Shown here: piece after piece, positions 31,901-41,682 of the stretch
How positions within the stretch are numbered: the stretch's first letter is position 1
How the letters are laid out: each line of letters begins with the position of its first letter
DNA from: Verrucomicrobiota bacterium
Lineage (GTDB): Bacteria; Verrucomicrobiota; Verrucomicrobiia; Limisphaerales; Palsa-1400
DNA: 64,000 nucleotides
Assembly: GCA_049510745.1 (NCBI GenBank)
Contig: JBEKYR010000005.1
Span: 1-64,000, forward strand
Reading direction: 5' to 3'
Notes under the pieces: generated by a model
What the model saw: only the letters and a program-made list of their open reading frames with translations
Told to the model about the DNA's origin: nothing
Database searches by the model: none
Made by a program: the position numbers and the translations under genes

Positions 31901-34232
31901 GTCCGCCGCGGCCGTTTTTTTGATGGGCGCCGTGGCCTGCCTGGGCGCCAGCGTTTCATTTGACGACGATTGGCGCTTTTTCAAGGGCGACGCCGAGGGC
32001 GCGGAAAGGCCCGAGCTGAGTGATGCCGGCTGGCAGGCGGTCAGGCTGCCGCACGACTGGAGCATTGCCGGGCCTTTCGACGAGCAGAATCCCGCCGGCG
32101 GGGCGGGCGGATTTCTCCCCTCCGGGGTGGGCTGGTATCGCAAGGAATTCACCCTGCCCAAGGAAGACGCCGGCCGCCAGGTGTGGATTGAATTCGACGG
32201 CGTGATGGCCAACAGCGATGTCTGGATCAACGGCCGCCCCCTGGGCCATCGGCCCTGCGGCTATGTGGCCTTCGCCTACGACATGACTCCGTTCCTGCGC
32301 TTTGGCGGCGGGCGCAACGTCCTGGCGGTGCGGGCGGATACCTCCGCGCAGCCCGCCTCGCGCTGGTACGCCGGGGCGGGGATTTATCGCCACGCGCGGT
32401 TGCTGGTTTTGAACCCCGTGCATTTGGATCCTTGGGGCACGTTCCTGAGCACGCCGGTGGTGACGCCGGAGCGGGCCAAAGTGCGGGCGAGCGTCTCCAT
32501 TGTCAATCCGCCGGACTCCCCGCGCTCCGTTTCGCTGGAACTGGCCATTTCCGACCCCGCCGGCTATGTCGTCCAAAGAGCCAGGACCAGCCTGCCAGTG
32601 GCGCAATCGTCCTCCGAGGGGTTGACGGTGGAGGCGGTGGTGGACAAACCGAACCGCTGGGACATCGACAACCCGGCGCTCTATCAGGCGGTCCTGACGC
32701 TGCGGGAGGGCAATACCATACTTGACAGGCAGACCGTGCCCTTCGGCATCCGGGAATTTCACTTCAATCCGGCGACCGGCTTCTGGCTCAACGGCCGCAA
32801 CTTCAAGCTCAAGGGCGTTTGCCTGCACGCCGACGGGAGTTGTTTTGGCGCCGCCGTGCCGCTGGGGGTTTGGGAGCGCCGCCTGCGCGCGCTGCGCGAG
32901 CTGGGCGTCAACGCCGTTCGCACGGCGCACAACCCGCCGGCGGCGGAGTTTCTCGACTTGTGCGACCGCCAGGGGATGCTGGTCATGGACGAGTTCTTCG
33001 ATTGCTGGACGGTGGGCAAAAACAAGTTCGATTATCACCTTTACTTCACGAACTGGTCGAAGATCGACGCCCGCGACACGATCCGGCGCGACCGCAATCA
33101 TCCCTGCATTATACTTTACAGCGTCGGCAACGAAATCCACGACACTCCGAAGGCCGCGCTGGCCTATGAAATTCTGGAGGGGTTGGTGGCCGTTTGCCAC
33201 GAAAACGACCCGACGCGCCCCGTGACCCAGGCGCTTTTCCGGCCCAACGTCAGCGGGGATTACACCAACGGGCTGGCCGACCTGCTGGATGTCATCGGCA
33301 CCAATTATCGCGACAGCGAGCTGCTCGCCGCCCGGCGGGCCAGGCCCTCGCGCAAGATCATCGGCACCGAGCAGCGCCAGGACCAGGCCACGTGGCTGGC
33401 CTGCCGGGACCATCCCGATCACGCCGGGCAATTCCTCTGGTCGGGCGTGGATTACCTCGGCGAATCGCGCCGCTGGCCCGTCATCGCGTCCGGGTCGGGC
33501 CTGCTCGACCGCTGCGGCCAGCCGCGGCCGGCGGCCTTCCAACGCCAATCGTGGTGGTCGGACAAGCCGATGGTCTTCATCGCCCGCCGCTTCCGGGCGG
33601 AGCCGGCGGAATCCGGCGACCCCGGCTTCGCCCCGCTGGATCGGCGTCAAGAAGTGTTTTCCGATTGGACCCCGCGTGACGGCCCGCCCGATGACGAAAC
33701 GGTGGAGGTCTATAGCAATTGCGGCGACGTGGAACTGCTGCTCAACGGGCGTTCCCTCGGTTCGCGCCCGCTGCCGGCGGACGCCTCGCCGCGAACCTGG
33801 CAGGTTCCGTTCCAGCCCGGCGAATTGACCGCCATCGGCAAAAACAACGGGCGGATCGTGGCGCGGCAGACGCTGCGCACGGCGGGGGCGCCGGCTAAAA
33901 TAGTTTTGACTTCCGACGAGAGACAATTGGCGGCCAGGTGGGACGATCTCGCGTGCGTCCGCGCCACGGTGACCGACGCGAAAGGCGTGCCGGTCCCCGG
34001 CGCCACCAACGCGATCACCTTTGCCCTTGACGGACCGGGAGTGATCGCGGCGGTGGACAGCGCGGACAATTCCAGCCACGAACCGTTTCAAAGCCAGGAG
34101 CGGCGGGCGTATCAGGGCGAATGCTTCGCCCTGGTCCAGGCCCTGCCCAACCGGGGAAGAATCCGGGTGAAGGCCTCGGCGGCGAATCTGAAAGGGGCCT
34201 CCGTCACGATTGCCGTGCCGGGTGAAAAATGA
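31890..34232 (+). CDS. GH2 beta-galactosidase-like
   Basis: LPHDWSI, EFDGVM, LKGVCLH, VRTAHNPP, DRNHPCIILYSVGNE. Confidence 0.92.
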   Translation: MKTKSAAAVFLMGAVACLGASVSFDDDWRFFKGDAEGAERPELSDAGWQAVRLPHDWSIAGPFDEQNPAGGAGGFLPSGVGWYRKEFTLPKEDAGRQVWIEFDGVMANSDVWINGRPLGHRPCGYVAFAYDMTPFLRFGGGRNVLAVRADTSAQPASRWYAGAGIYRHARLLVLNPVHLDPWGTFLSTPVVTPERAKVRASVSIVNPPDSPRSVSLELAISDPAGYVVQRARTSLPVAQSSSEGLTVEAVVDKPNRWDIDNPALYQAVLTLREGNTILDRQTVPFGIREFHFNPATGFWLNGRNFKLKGVCLHADGSCFGAAVPLGVWERRLRALRELGVNAVRTAHNPPAAEFLDLCDRQGMLVMDEFFDCWTVGKNKFDYHLYFTNWSKIDARDTIRRDRNHPCIILYSVGNEIHDTPKAALAYEILEGLVAVCHENDPTRPVTQALFRPNVSGDYTNGLADLLDVIGTNYRDSELLAARRARPSRKIIGTEQRQDQATWLACRDHPDHAGQFLWSGVDYLGESRRWPVIASGSGLLDRCGQPRPAAFQRQSWWSDKPMVFIARRFRAEPAESGDPGFAPLDRRQEVFSDWTPRDGPPDDETVEVYSNCGDVELLLNGRSLGSRPLPADASPRTWQVPFQPGELTAIGKNNGRIVARQTLRTAGAPAKIVLTSDERQLAARWDDLACVRATVTDAKGVPVPGATNAITFALDGPGVIAAVDSADNSSHEPFQSQERRAYQGECFALVQALPNRGRIRVKASAANLKGASVTIAVPGEK

Positions 34233-36349
34233 GGCCGGGCCTGGCAGTCTGGGTATGGCTCTGCCTGCTGCTGGCAGGCGCGCCGGGCCGGGCCGCGCCC
34301 ATCGACCGCCACGCGCTGGTGACGCGGCACGCGCCCGTCCTCCGCCAATTTGACGCCTGGAACCCGTTCTCCCTCGGCAACGGCCAGTTTGCTTTCACCG
34401 CCGACGCGACGGGGTTGCAGACCTTCGCCGAGGCGTTCACCAACACCGTGCCGCTGGCGACGCTCTCCCAATGGGGCTGGCACAGCTTCCCGAATCCGAA
34501 CGGCTGGAGCATCGATCAATATCACTTCAAGGAATTTGACGCGGATGGGCGCAAGGTGGGTTACGCGGACGCGCCCGGCAACCGACCCACGCCGGAAGCG
34601 GCCTGGCTGCGGGAGAACCCGCACCGCCTGGACCTGGGCCATGTTTGTTTCGTGTTGACAAAGGCCGACGGCTCCGCCGCGCGCACCAACGACCTGGCCG
34701 GTATCGGGCAGACGCTGGACATTTGGAACGGGATTCTCCTGAGCCGGTTCGAGCTGGAAGGCGAGCCGGTCGAGGTGAAAACGGTTTGCCATCCGGACCT
34801 GGACCTGGTGGCGGTGCGCGTGGTCTCGCCGCTGCTGAAAACGGGGCGCGTCAAAATCGCGCTGCGCTTTCCTTACGGAACGGGTTCGACCGTGACCGCC
34901 GATTGGAGCCGGCCCGAGGCGCACGAAACGGTTTGCCGGCCGTCGGGCGCCCAGGCGGCCGAATTCGACCGCCAACTGGATCAGGACTCCTACCATGCGG
35001 CCGCCCGCTGGAAGAACGGCAGACTGACGCGGACGGGGAAACATGAATTCGTGTTGACGCCTTCGCCCGGGGCGGGCGCGATGGAATTTGTCTGCGCGTT
35101 CACGCCCGGGCCGCTGCCGGGGCGGCTGCCCGATTTCGCCCGGACGCAACAGGCGGCGGCGCGGCATTGGCATGAATTCTGGCGCGGCGGCGGGGCGATC
35201 GACCTTTCGTTGAGCAAGGACCCGCGCTGGCAGGAATTGGAGCGGCGCATCGTGCTCTCCGAATACCTCACCGCCATCCAGTGCGACGGCGCCGTTCCGC
35301 CGCAGGAGACGGGGCTGACCTACAATAGTTGGGAAGGGAAATTCCACCTGGAGATGCACCTCTGGCACACGGCCCATTTTGCGCTTTGGGGACGGCTGCC
35401 GTTGCTGGAGAAGAGCCTGGGCTATTACCAATCCATCCTGCCCCGCGCGCAAAACACCGCCCGGCGCCAGGGTTACGCCGGCGCGCGCTGGCCCAAGATG
35501 ACCGATCCCAGCGGCCGCGAGTCCCCTTCCCCGGTCGGCCCCTTTTTGATCTGGCAGCAGCCCCATCCCATTTTCTACGCCGAACTGTGTTACCGCCGCC
35601 ATCCCGATCGGACCACGCTGGAGAAGTACCGCGAGATTGTCAATCAAACGGCTGAATTCATGGCGTCGTATCCCGTCTGGGAAACGAACCGCTGCGTGCT
35701 CGGGCCAGTCTTGCAGTGCGCGCAGGAAATTTTTCCCAAGGACCACACGCTCAATCCGACCTTCGAGCTGACCTATTGGCGGTGGGGGCTGGAGACGGCG
35801 CAACAATGGCGGCTGCGTTCGGGCCTGGAGCGCGAAACCAATTGGGACCGCGTCCTGCAACATCTGGCCGCGCTGGCCCTCGAGGGCGACAAATATCTCT
35901 TCGCCGAAACCGCCACCGGAACCTACACGGAGAAAAAATGGATCCGCGATCACCCGTCCGTCACCGCCGCGCTGGGATTGCTGCCGGGGCCGGGGATTGA
36001 CCGCGAGACGATGCGGCGCACCTTTCACTGGATTTGGGACAACTGGGATTGGGCGCGGACTTGGGGATGGGATTACGGCATGTTGGCGATGTGCGCCGCC
36101 CGTTTGGGCGAGCCGGACAAGGCGGTGGACGCGCTCCTGCTCGACACGCCCAAAAACCACTACGCTCTGAACGGACACGTTTATCAGCGGCCGGGTTTGA
36201 CCGTCTATCTGCCCGGCAACGGCAGCCTGCTCTACGCGGCGGCCATGATGGCCGCCGGCTGGGATTTCGGCCCCAGCCAATATGCGCCCGGATTTCCCAT
36301 GAACGGGCAGTGGACCGTCCGCAGTGAAGGATTGCAACCCGCGCCATGA
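34229..36349 (+). CDS. Six-hairpin glycosidase (GH65/GH95-like), exported
   Basis: SLGNGQFAFTADATGLQT, PPQETGL..NSWEGKFHLEM, WGWDY, LPGNGSLL. The exact family is uncertain. Confidence 0.7.
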   Translation: MRPGLAVWVWLCLLLAGAPGRAAPIDRHALVTRHAPVLRQFDAWNPFSLGNGQFAFTADATGLQTFAEAFTNTVPLATLSQWGWHSFPNPNGWSIDQYHFKEFDADGRKVGYADAPGNRPTPEAAWLRENPHRLDLGHVCFVLTKADGSAARTNDLAGIGQTLDIWNGILLSRFELEGEPVEVKTVCHPDLDLVAVRVVSPLLKTGRVKIALRFPYGTGSTVTADWSRPEAHETVCRPSGAQAAEFDRQLDQDSYHAAARWKNGRLTRTGKHEFVLTPSPGAGAMEFVCAFTPGPLPGRLPDFARTQQAAARHWHEFWRGGGAIDLSLSKDPRWQELERRIVLSEYLTAIQCDGAVPPQETGLTYNSWEGKFHLEMHLWHTAHFALWGRLPLLEKSLGYYQSILPRAQNTARRQGYAGARWPKMTDPSGRESPSPVGPFLIWQQPHPIFYAELCYRRHPDRTTLEKYREIVNQTAEFMASYPVWETNRCVLGPVLQCAQEIFPKDHTLNPTFELTYWRWGLETAQQWRLRSGLERETNWDRVLQHLAALALEGDKYLFAETATGTYTEKKWIRDHPSVTAALGLLPGPGIDRETMRRTFHWIWDNWDWARTWGWDYGMLAMCAARLGEPDKAVDALLLDTPKNHYALNGHVYQRPGLTVYLPGNGSLLYAAAMMAAGWDFGPSQYAPGFPMNGQWTVRSEGLQPAP

Positions 36350-39300
36350 GCACGACAGTCAAAATAATTCTGTGCGCCGGCCTGCTGGCCGCGGCCGCCG
36401 CCGCGCGCGCCGCCACCGGAACCCTTCCCCTCGAAGGCGCCTGGCAGTTCGCCCTGGACCCGGGCGACGCCGGCCTCGCCGAATGCTGGTTCGACCGCGC
36501 TCTGCCGCACAGCATCCGCCTGCCCGGCATGCTGCAATCGCAGGGATACGGCGACGAAATCAGTATTGACACGCCGTGGGTGCTCTCGCTCTACGATCAT
36601 CTCTGGTTTTTGCGGGACGATTACCGCGCCTGGACCAACGCGGGTGCGGTCAAGGTGCCGTTTCTGTGCCAGCCGCCGCGCCATTATTTGGGCGCCGCGT
36701 GGTACCGGCGCGACATTGAGATTCCGGCGGACTGGGGGGACCGCCGCGTGGCGCTTTTCCTGGAACGTCCGCATTGGGAGACGCGGGTCTGGCTGGACGG
36801 CGCGCCGCTCGGCTCGAACGTCTCGCTCTGCGCGCCGCATGAATACCAACTGGGCACGGCCCTCAAACCGGGCCGCCACAGCCTGGCCATTCGGGTGGAT
36901 AACCGCCTGGTCCTGCTGTACCGGCCCGACGCCCACTCCGTTTCCGATTCGCTCGGCGGCGCGTGGAACGGCATCGCGGGCAAAATCCAACTGCGCTCGA
37001 CCCCGACCGTCTGGCTCGACTCGGTGGATTTGTACCCGATTCCAAAGGAAACCAACAAGGTGCGGGTCGTTGCGCGCCTGGGCAACGTTTCCGGCCAGGC
37101 GGGAACGGGAGTGATCTCGGTGCCGGCGGCCCGGACGCAAATCCCCGTCGTTTGGGACGCGGCCGGTGGCCGGAGCGAATTCGAGTGCGCCTTGCCGCCG
37201 GGGCAAAGTTTTTGGTGGGATGAATTCAGCCCGAATCTTGGCAGCCTCGACTTCCAATTGTCCACCGGTGACGCCAAATCGGTTCGTTTTGGGTTGCGCA
37301 CCGTGGGCACAGGCGGCGGCCACTTTTTCATCAATGGCCGCCAGACGGAATTTCGCGGCACGCACAACGGCGGCGATTTCCCGTTGACAGGGTATCCGCC
37401 GACCGACGTTGATTCATGGAAGCGCCTGATCCGCGTTTGCCAGAATTGGGGACTCAACCTCATGCGCTTTCATTCCTGGTGCCCGCCGGAAGCCGCCTTC
37501 GCGGCCGCCGATGAATTGGGTTTCTATCTCCAGCCCGAATGCGGGATGTGGAACGAAATCAGCCCGGGCACGGCGATGGAGAAAATGCTCTATGAGGAAA
37601 CCGACCGGATGATCGCGGCCTACGGAAACCATCCGTCGTTTGTCCTTCTCTCGCCAAGCAACGAACCGAAAGGCCGCTGGAAACAGTCCCTTCCCAAATG
37701 GGTCGGGTATTGCCGCCGGCAAGACCCCCGGCGGCTCTACACGCCAGGCACCGGATGGTCTATTATTGACAGCCCCGGCCCGGTGGAGGGGGCCGATTAC
37801 CTGGCGGTAAGCCGCATCGGCCCGAACCCGCTGCGGGGCAAATCGGCCTGGTTCGGCGGCGATTATGCGGAATCGCTCGCCGGGGTGAACGTGCCGGTGC
37901 TCTCGCATGAATTGGGGCAGTGGTGCGCGTACCCGGATTTCTCGGTCATCGCGAAATTCACCGGCGCGATGCGGCCGGGCAACTACGAGATTTTCCGCGA
38001 TTCGCTGGCAGCGCACGGCTTGCTCGATCAAGACGCGCGGTTTGCCTGGGCCTCGGGGCGCTTTCAACTGGCCTGCTACAAGGAGGAGATCGAAGCCAAC
38101 CTGCGCACGCCGGGCCTGGACGGCTTTGAACTGCTCGATCTGCACGATTACACCGGCCAGGGCACGGCTTTGGTCGGATTGCTGGACACCTTTTGGGAGG
38201 AAAAAAGTTACGCGACGCCGGACGAATTCCGCCATTTCTGCAACACGACCGTTCTGCTGGCCCGCTTGCGGCATCGGATCTTGACCACGGCGGACACGCT
38301 CGAGGCAGAGATCGAGGCCGCCCATTTTGGCGCCGCGCCGCTCCCCGGCGCCGCCGTGGCCTGGCAAATCGTCGGCGCGTCCAACCAGGTCCTCGCGGCA
38401 GGAACATTCCCCGCCGCCACGCTGCCCATCGGCAAGAACATCCCGCTGGGCCGGCTGAAGGTGGGGCTGGGGAACGTGGCCGCGCCGCAGGCCTGTGTCT
38501 TGCAGGTCAGTATCCAAGGCACGCCCTTCCGCAACGAATGGAACTTCTGGGTCTATCCCGCTTCCGCCCCGCCCGGCGCCCCGGCCAACGTGCTGGTGAC
38601 CCGCTCCTGGGAGCAGGCGGCCCAACGGCTGGCGGCGGGCGGCCGGGTCCTGTTCCTGCCGCGCAACACGGACCTGGATTGGACGTGTCCGCCGCTGGAC
38701 AGCGTGCCGGTCTTTTGGAACCGGCTGATGAACCCGGCCTGGGGCCGGATGCTCGGACTGTGGTGCGACACCAACCACCCCGCCCTGGCCGGGTTCCCGA
38801 CCGCAGCCAATTGCGACTGGCAATGGGCGGAACTGCTGCGCGGCGTCCGCGCGGTCAACCTGGACCGGTTCCCGCGCTCCTTGCGCCCGATTGTGGCAGC
38901 GATCGACGATTGGAACCGGAACTGGAAACTGGCCCCCCTCTTCGAGTGCCACGTGGGGCCGGGCCGGCTGATGGTCTGTTCGTTCGACTTGACATCAAAA
39001 CTGGAGAGCCGCCCGGCCGCCCGCCAGTTGCGGCGCTCGCTGCTCGATTACCTGGCCGGCCCGCGCTTCGAGCCGCCGTGCGCCGCGGCGGCGGCGGACG
39101 TTGAAAACATTCTTTTTGACACGACCATCATGCGCCGGCTCGGGGCCAGGGCCGAAGGCGAAGGCGACGGCCGCGCCGCCATCGACGGCGATCCAAACAC
39201 GGCCTGGGTGCGCGGCGGGACCGGACGCGGCCAGAGCGGCACGAGCCATCCGCACGCCTTGACCGTCACCTTCCCGGCGCCCGCGCCGATCAACGGCCTT

Positions 39301-39645
39301 TGCCTGATGCCCCGCCAGAACGACCGCGATCACGCCGGGGACACCCGCGCCTACACCGTCGAGGTCAGCGACGACGGGCGGGAGTGGCGCGAGGTGGCGC
39401 GCGGGGAATTGGTCTCGACCTGGGCCCCGCAGCGCGTGCCGTTTGGGCAAACGGTCAGCGCCCGCCATTTGCGCTTCACCGCGTTGTCGGGTTTTGGCCG
39501 GGACGCCAGCACGGCGATCGCCGAACTGGCGGTGCTCTACGCGGGGCCAAAACTGCCGGAAACCGCGCCGGGCGACATCGAATTTCAACCCTCGCGCAGC
39601 ACCTCGACCGACGTGGATGAGGGCCGCGCCCCAATCAAACCATGA
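36346..39645 (+). CDS. GH2-like hydrolase with a C-terminal discoidin (F5/8 type C, CBM32-like) domain
   Basis: GLNLMRFHSWCPP, GNHPSF..SNE, SHELGQW; C-terminal AIDGDPNTAW...YTVEVSDDGREW...ARHLRF..IAEL. Confidence 0.85.
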   Translation: MSTTVKIILCAGLLAAAAAARAATGTLPLEGAWQFALDPGDAGLAECWFDRALPHSIRLPGMLQSQGYGDEISIDTPWVLSLYDHLWFLRDDYRAWTNAGAVKVPFLCQPPRHYLGAAWYRRDIEIPADWGDRRVALFLERPHWETRVWLDGAPLGSNVSLCAPHEYQLGTALKPGRHSLAIRVDNRLVLLYRPDAHSVSDSLGGAWNGIAGKIQLRSTPTVWLDSVDLYPIPKETNKVRVVARLGNVSGQAGTGVISVPAARTQIPVVWDAAGGRSEFECALPPGQSFWWDEFSPNLGSLDFQLSTGDAKSVRFGLRTVGTGGGHFFINGRQTEFRGTHNGGDFPLTGYPPTDVDSWKRLIRVCQNWGLNLMRFHSWCPPEAAFAAADELGFYLQPECGMWNEISPGTAMEKMLYEETDRMIAAYGNHPSFVLLSPSNEPKGRWKQSLPKWVGYCRRQDPRRLYTPGTGWSIIDSPGPVEGADYLAVSRIGPNPLRGKSAWFGGDYAESLAGVNVPVLSHELGQWCAYPDFSVIAKFTGAMRPGNYEIFRDSLAAHGLLDQDARFAWASGRFQLACYKEEIEANLRTPGLDGFELLDLHDYTGQGTALVGLLDTFWEEKSYATPDEFRHFCNTTVLLARLRHRILTTADTLEAEIEAAHFGAAPLPGAAVAWQIVGASNQVLAAGTFPAATLPIGKNIPLGRLKVGLGNVAAPQACVLQVSIQGTPFRNEWNFWVYPASAPPGAPANVLVTRSWEQAAQRLAAGGRVLFLPRNTDLDWTCPPLDSVPVFWNRLMNPAWGRMLGLWCDTNHPALAGFPTAANCDWQWAELLRGVRAVNLDRFPRSLRPIVAAIDDWNRNWKLAPLFECHVGPGRLMVCSFDLTSKLESRPAARQLRRSLLDYLAGPRFEPPCAAAAADVENILFDTTIMRRLGARAEGEGDGRAAIDGDPNTAWVRGGTGRGQSGTSHPHALTVTFPAPAPINGLCLMPRQNDRDHAGDTRAYTVEVSDDGREWREVARGELVSTWAPQRVPFGQTVSARHLRFTALSGFGRDASTAIAELAVLYAGPKLPETAPGDIEFQPSRSTSTDVDEGRAPIKP

Positions 39646-41501
39646 AGACTTGCGTCATCCTCGTCACGCTGGCCGGCGCGGCGACCGCCTTGGGCGGCGG
39701 GGTCACGCTGACCGAAGACCCCTCCACGTACACGCTGGCCAACGGCGTGGTCACGGCCCGCGTCAACAAACGTTCCGCCGACCTCGTCTCGCTGCGCTAC
39801 CAGGGGCTTGAATTGCTGGGCAACACATCGGGCCATCCGTATGGTTACTGGTCGCATTCGCCCGCCCGCCTGCGCGAGACCAACAGCGTGACGATCGATC
39901 CGGCGCAAAACGGCGGTGCGCGCGCCGAGGTGTCGGTCAAAGGTTATTACACAAACACGGGTTCCGGGTCCGGTTTTGGCGGCACGGCGGCGGACATCGA
40001 AATCCGCTACACGCTGGGGCGGGACGACTCGGGTGTTTACACGTATTCGATTTTCACGCATCCGACCAACTATCCCGGCACGGGGGTGGGCGAGGCGCGG
40101 TTCGGGGTCAAGCTCAACGCGGACGTGTTCGATTACCTTTCGATTGACAGTCGTAGGCAGCGCCTGATGCCCCGCCCGCAGGACTGGGACAACGGGACGG
40201 AGTTGAACCTGAAGGAAGCGCGCCGCCTGACGACGGGCCTCTATAAAGGCCAGGTCGAGCACAAATACGACTATTCGGCCATTCAGTTCGACATCCCGGC
40301 CTTCGGCTGGTCCAGCACCCGGCGCCAGGTCGGCTTGTGGTTCGTCAATCCGTCCCTCGAGTACCTCAGCGGCGGCGCGACGAAAGTCGAATTGACAGGG
40401 CACCTGGATGACAACGACGGGGCGGCGCCGACCTTGCTGAATTATTGGCGCGGCAGCCATTACGGCGGCAGCGTCTGTTCGGTGGCCGCGGGCGAGGCCT
40501 GGAGCAAGGTCATCGGGCCGTTTTTGATTTACTGCAATGCCGGCCCCGGCCCCGAGGCGATGTGGCGGGACGCGCTGGCGCGGGCGAAGACCGAGGCGGC
40601 GGCCTGGCCCTGCCCGTGGGTCGAGGGGGTCGATTATCCCAAAAAGGAGCAGCGCGGGACGGTGGGCGGACAACTCGTCTTGACAGACCCCCAGTTCCCC
40701 GGTTTGAAAATGTCCAACCTCCTGGTCGGTTTGGCCGCGCCCGATTACCCCGCGCGCGGCGGCCGCTTCGGCGGGGCGCGAACCGTCGATTGGCAACTGG
40801 ACGCCAAGTATTACCAGTTTTGGACGCGCGGCCGGGCCGATGGCCGGTTTCAGATCGAGAATGTTCGGCCCGGCGTCTATACGCTGCACGCTATCGCCGA
40901 CGGCGTGCTGGGGGAATTCAGCCGGTCAAACATCGTGGTGCGGGCGGGAGAGACGGCGCCGCTCGGCGCGTTGCGCTGGGAGCCGGTCCGTTGCGGGCGG
41001 CAACTCTGGGACATCGGCGTGCCCAATCGCTCCGCGGAGGAATTCCGGCACGGCGACCACTACTGGCAATGGGGCCTGTATTACGATTACACGAACGAGT
41101 TCCCGCATGATGTCAATTATATCGTCGGCCAGAGCGATTTTCACACGGATTGGAACTACGCCCAGGTGGGACGCCGCGGCCGGGGCACGGTCTGGTCGGT
41201 TCATTTCAAGCTGGCCGCCGCGCCGCGCGGGCGGGCGACCTTGCGCCTGGGCCTGGCCGCCGCCAGCGTGCGCGGGGGCATCCAGGTCAGCGTCAACCAC
41301 CAGCCGGCCGGCGGCACCGGGCCACTCCCCGACACCGCCACCATCCGGCGCGACGGCATCCGGGGATATTGGACGGAGCGCGACGTGGCGTTCGACGCGG
41401 CCCTGCTGCAAGAGGGCGAGAACGTTCTGCAACTGGAAATCCCCGCCGGCGACCCCACCAGCGGGGTGGAGTACGATTACCTGCGGCTGGAGGCGGAGTG
41501 A
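39642..41501 (+). CDS. Rhamnogalacturonan endolyase (PL4-like)
   Basis: VEHKYDYS, EYLSGGATKVEL..H, YQFWT..DGRFQIENVRPGVYTL, LWDIGVPNRSAEEF, YDYLRLE. Confidence 0.88.
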   Translation: MKTCVILVTLAGAATALGGGVTLTEDPSTYTLANGVVTARVNKRSADLVSLRYQGLELLGNTSGHPYGYWSHSPARLRETNSVTIDPAQNGGARAEVSVKGYYTNTGSGSGFGGTAADIEIRYTLGRDDSGVYTYSIFTHPTNYPGTGVGEARFGVKLNADVFDYLSIDSRRQRLMPRPQDWDNGTELNLKEARRLTTGLYKGQVEHKYDYSAIQFDIPAFGWSSTRRQVGLWFVNPSLEYLSGGATKVELTGHLDDNDGAAPTLLNYWRGSHYGGSVCSVAAGEAWSKVIGPFLIYCNAGPGPEAMWRDALARAKTEAAAWPCPWVEGVDYPKKEQRGTVGGQLVLTDPQFPGLKMSNLLVGLAAPDYPARGGRFGGARTVDWQLDAKYYQFWTRGRADGRFQIENVRPGVYTLHAIADGVLGEFSRSNIVVRAGETAPLGALRWEPVRCGRQLWDIGVPNRSAEEFRHGDHYWQWGLYYDYTNEFPHDVNYIVGQSDFHTDWNYAQVGRRGRGTVWSVHFKLAAAPRGRATLRLGLAAASVRGGIQVSVNHQPAGGTGPLPDTATIRRDGIRGYWTERDVAFDAALLQEGENVLQLEIPAGDPTSGVEYDYLRLEAE

Positions 41502-41682
41502 CCCGGATCGCGAGGACGATCAAGAACAATTCATTTCGGGTCTTGGCAATGGCGGGCATTGCTGCTTAAATCGGCCCCATCAGCCCGCGTTGTGCGGGGC
41601 AGACCGTCGGTGGCCGGGGAACTGGCTGGGCGCGTCTTTTGGCAATGAGCCTATGCAAGATCAATCGCGTTGCTTCTAAATT

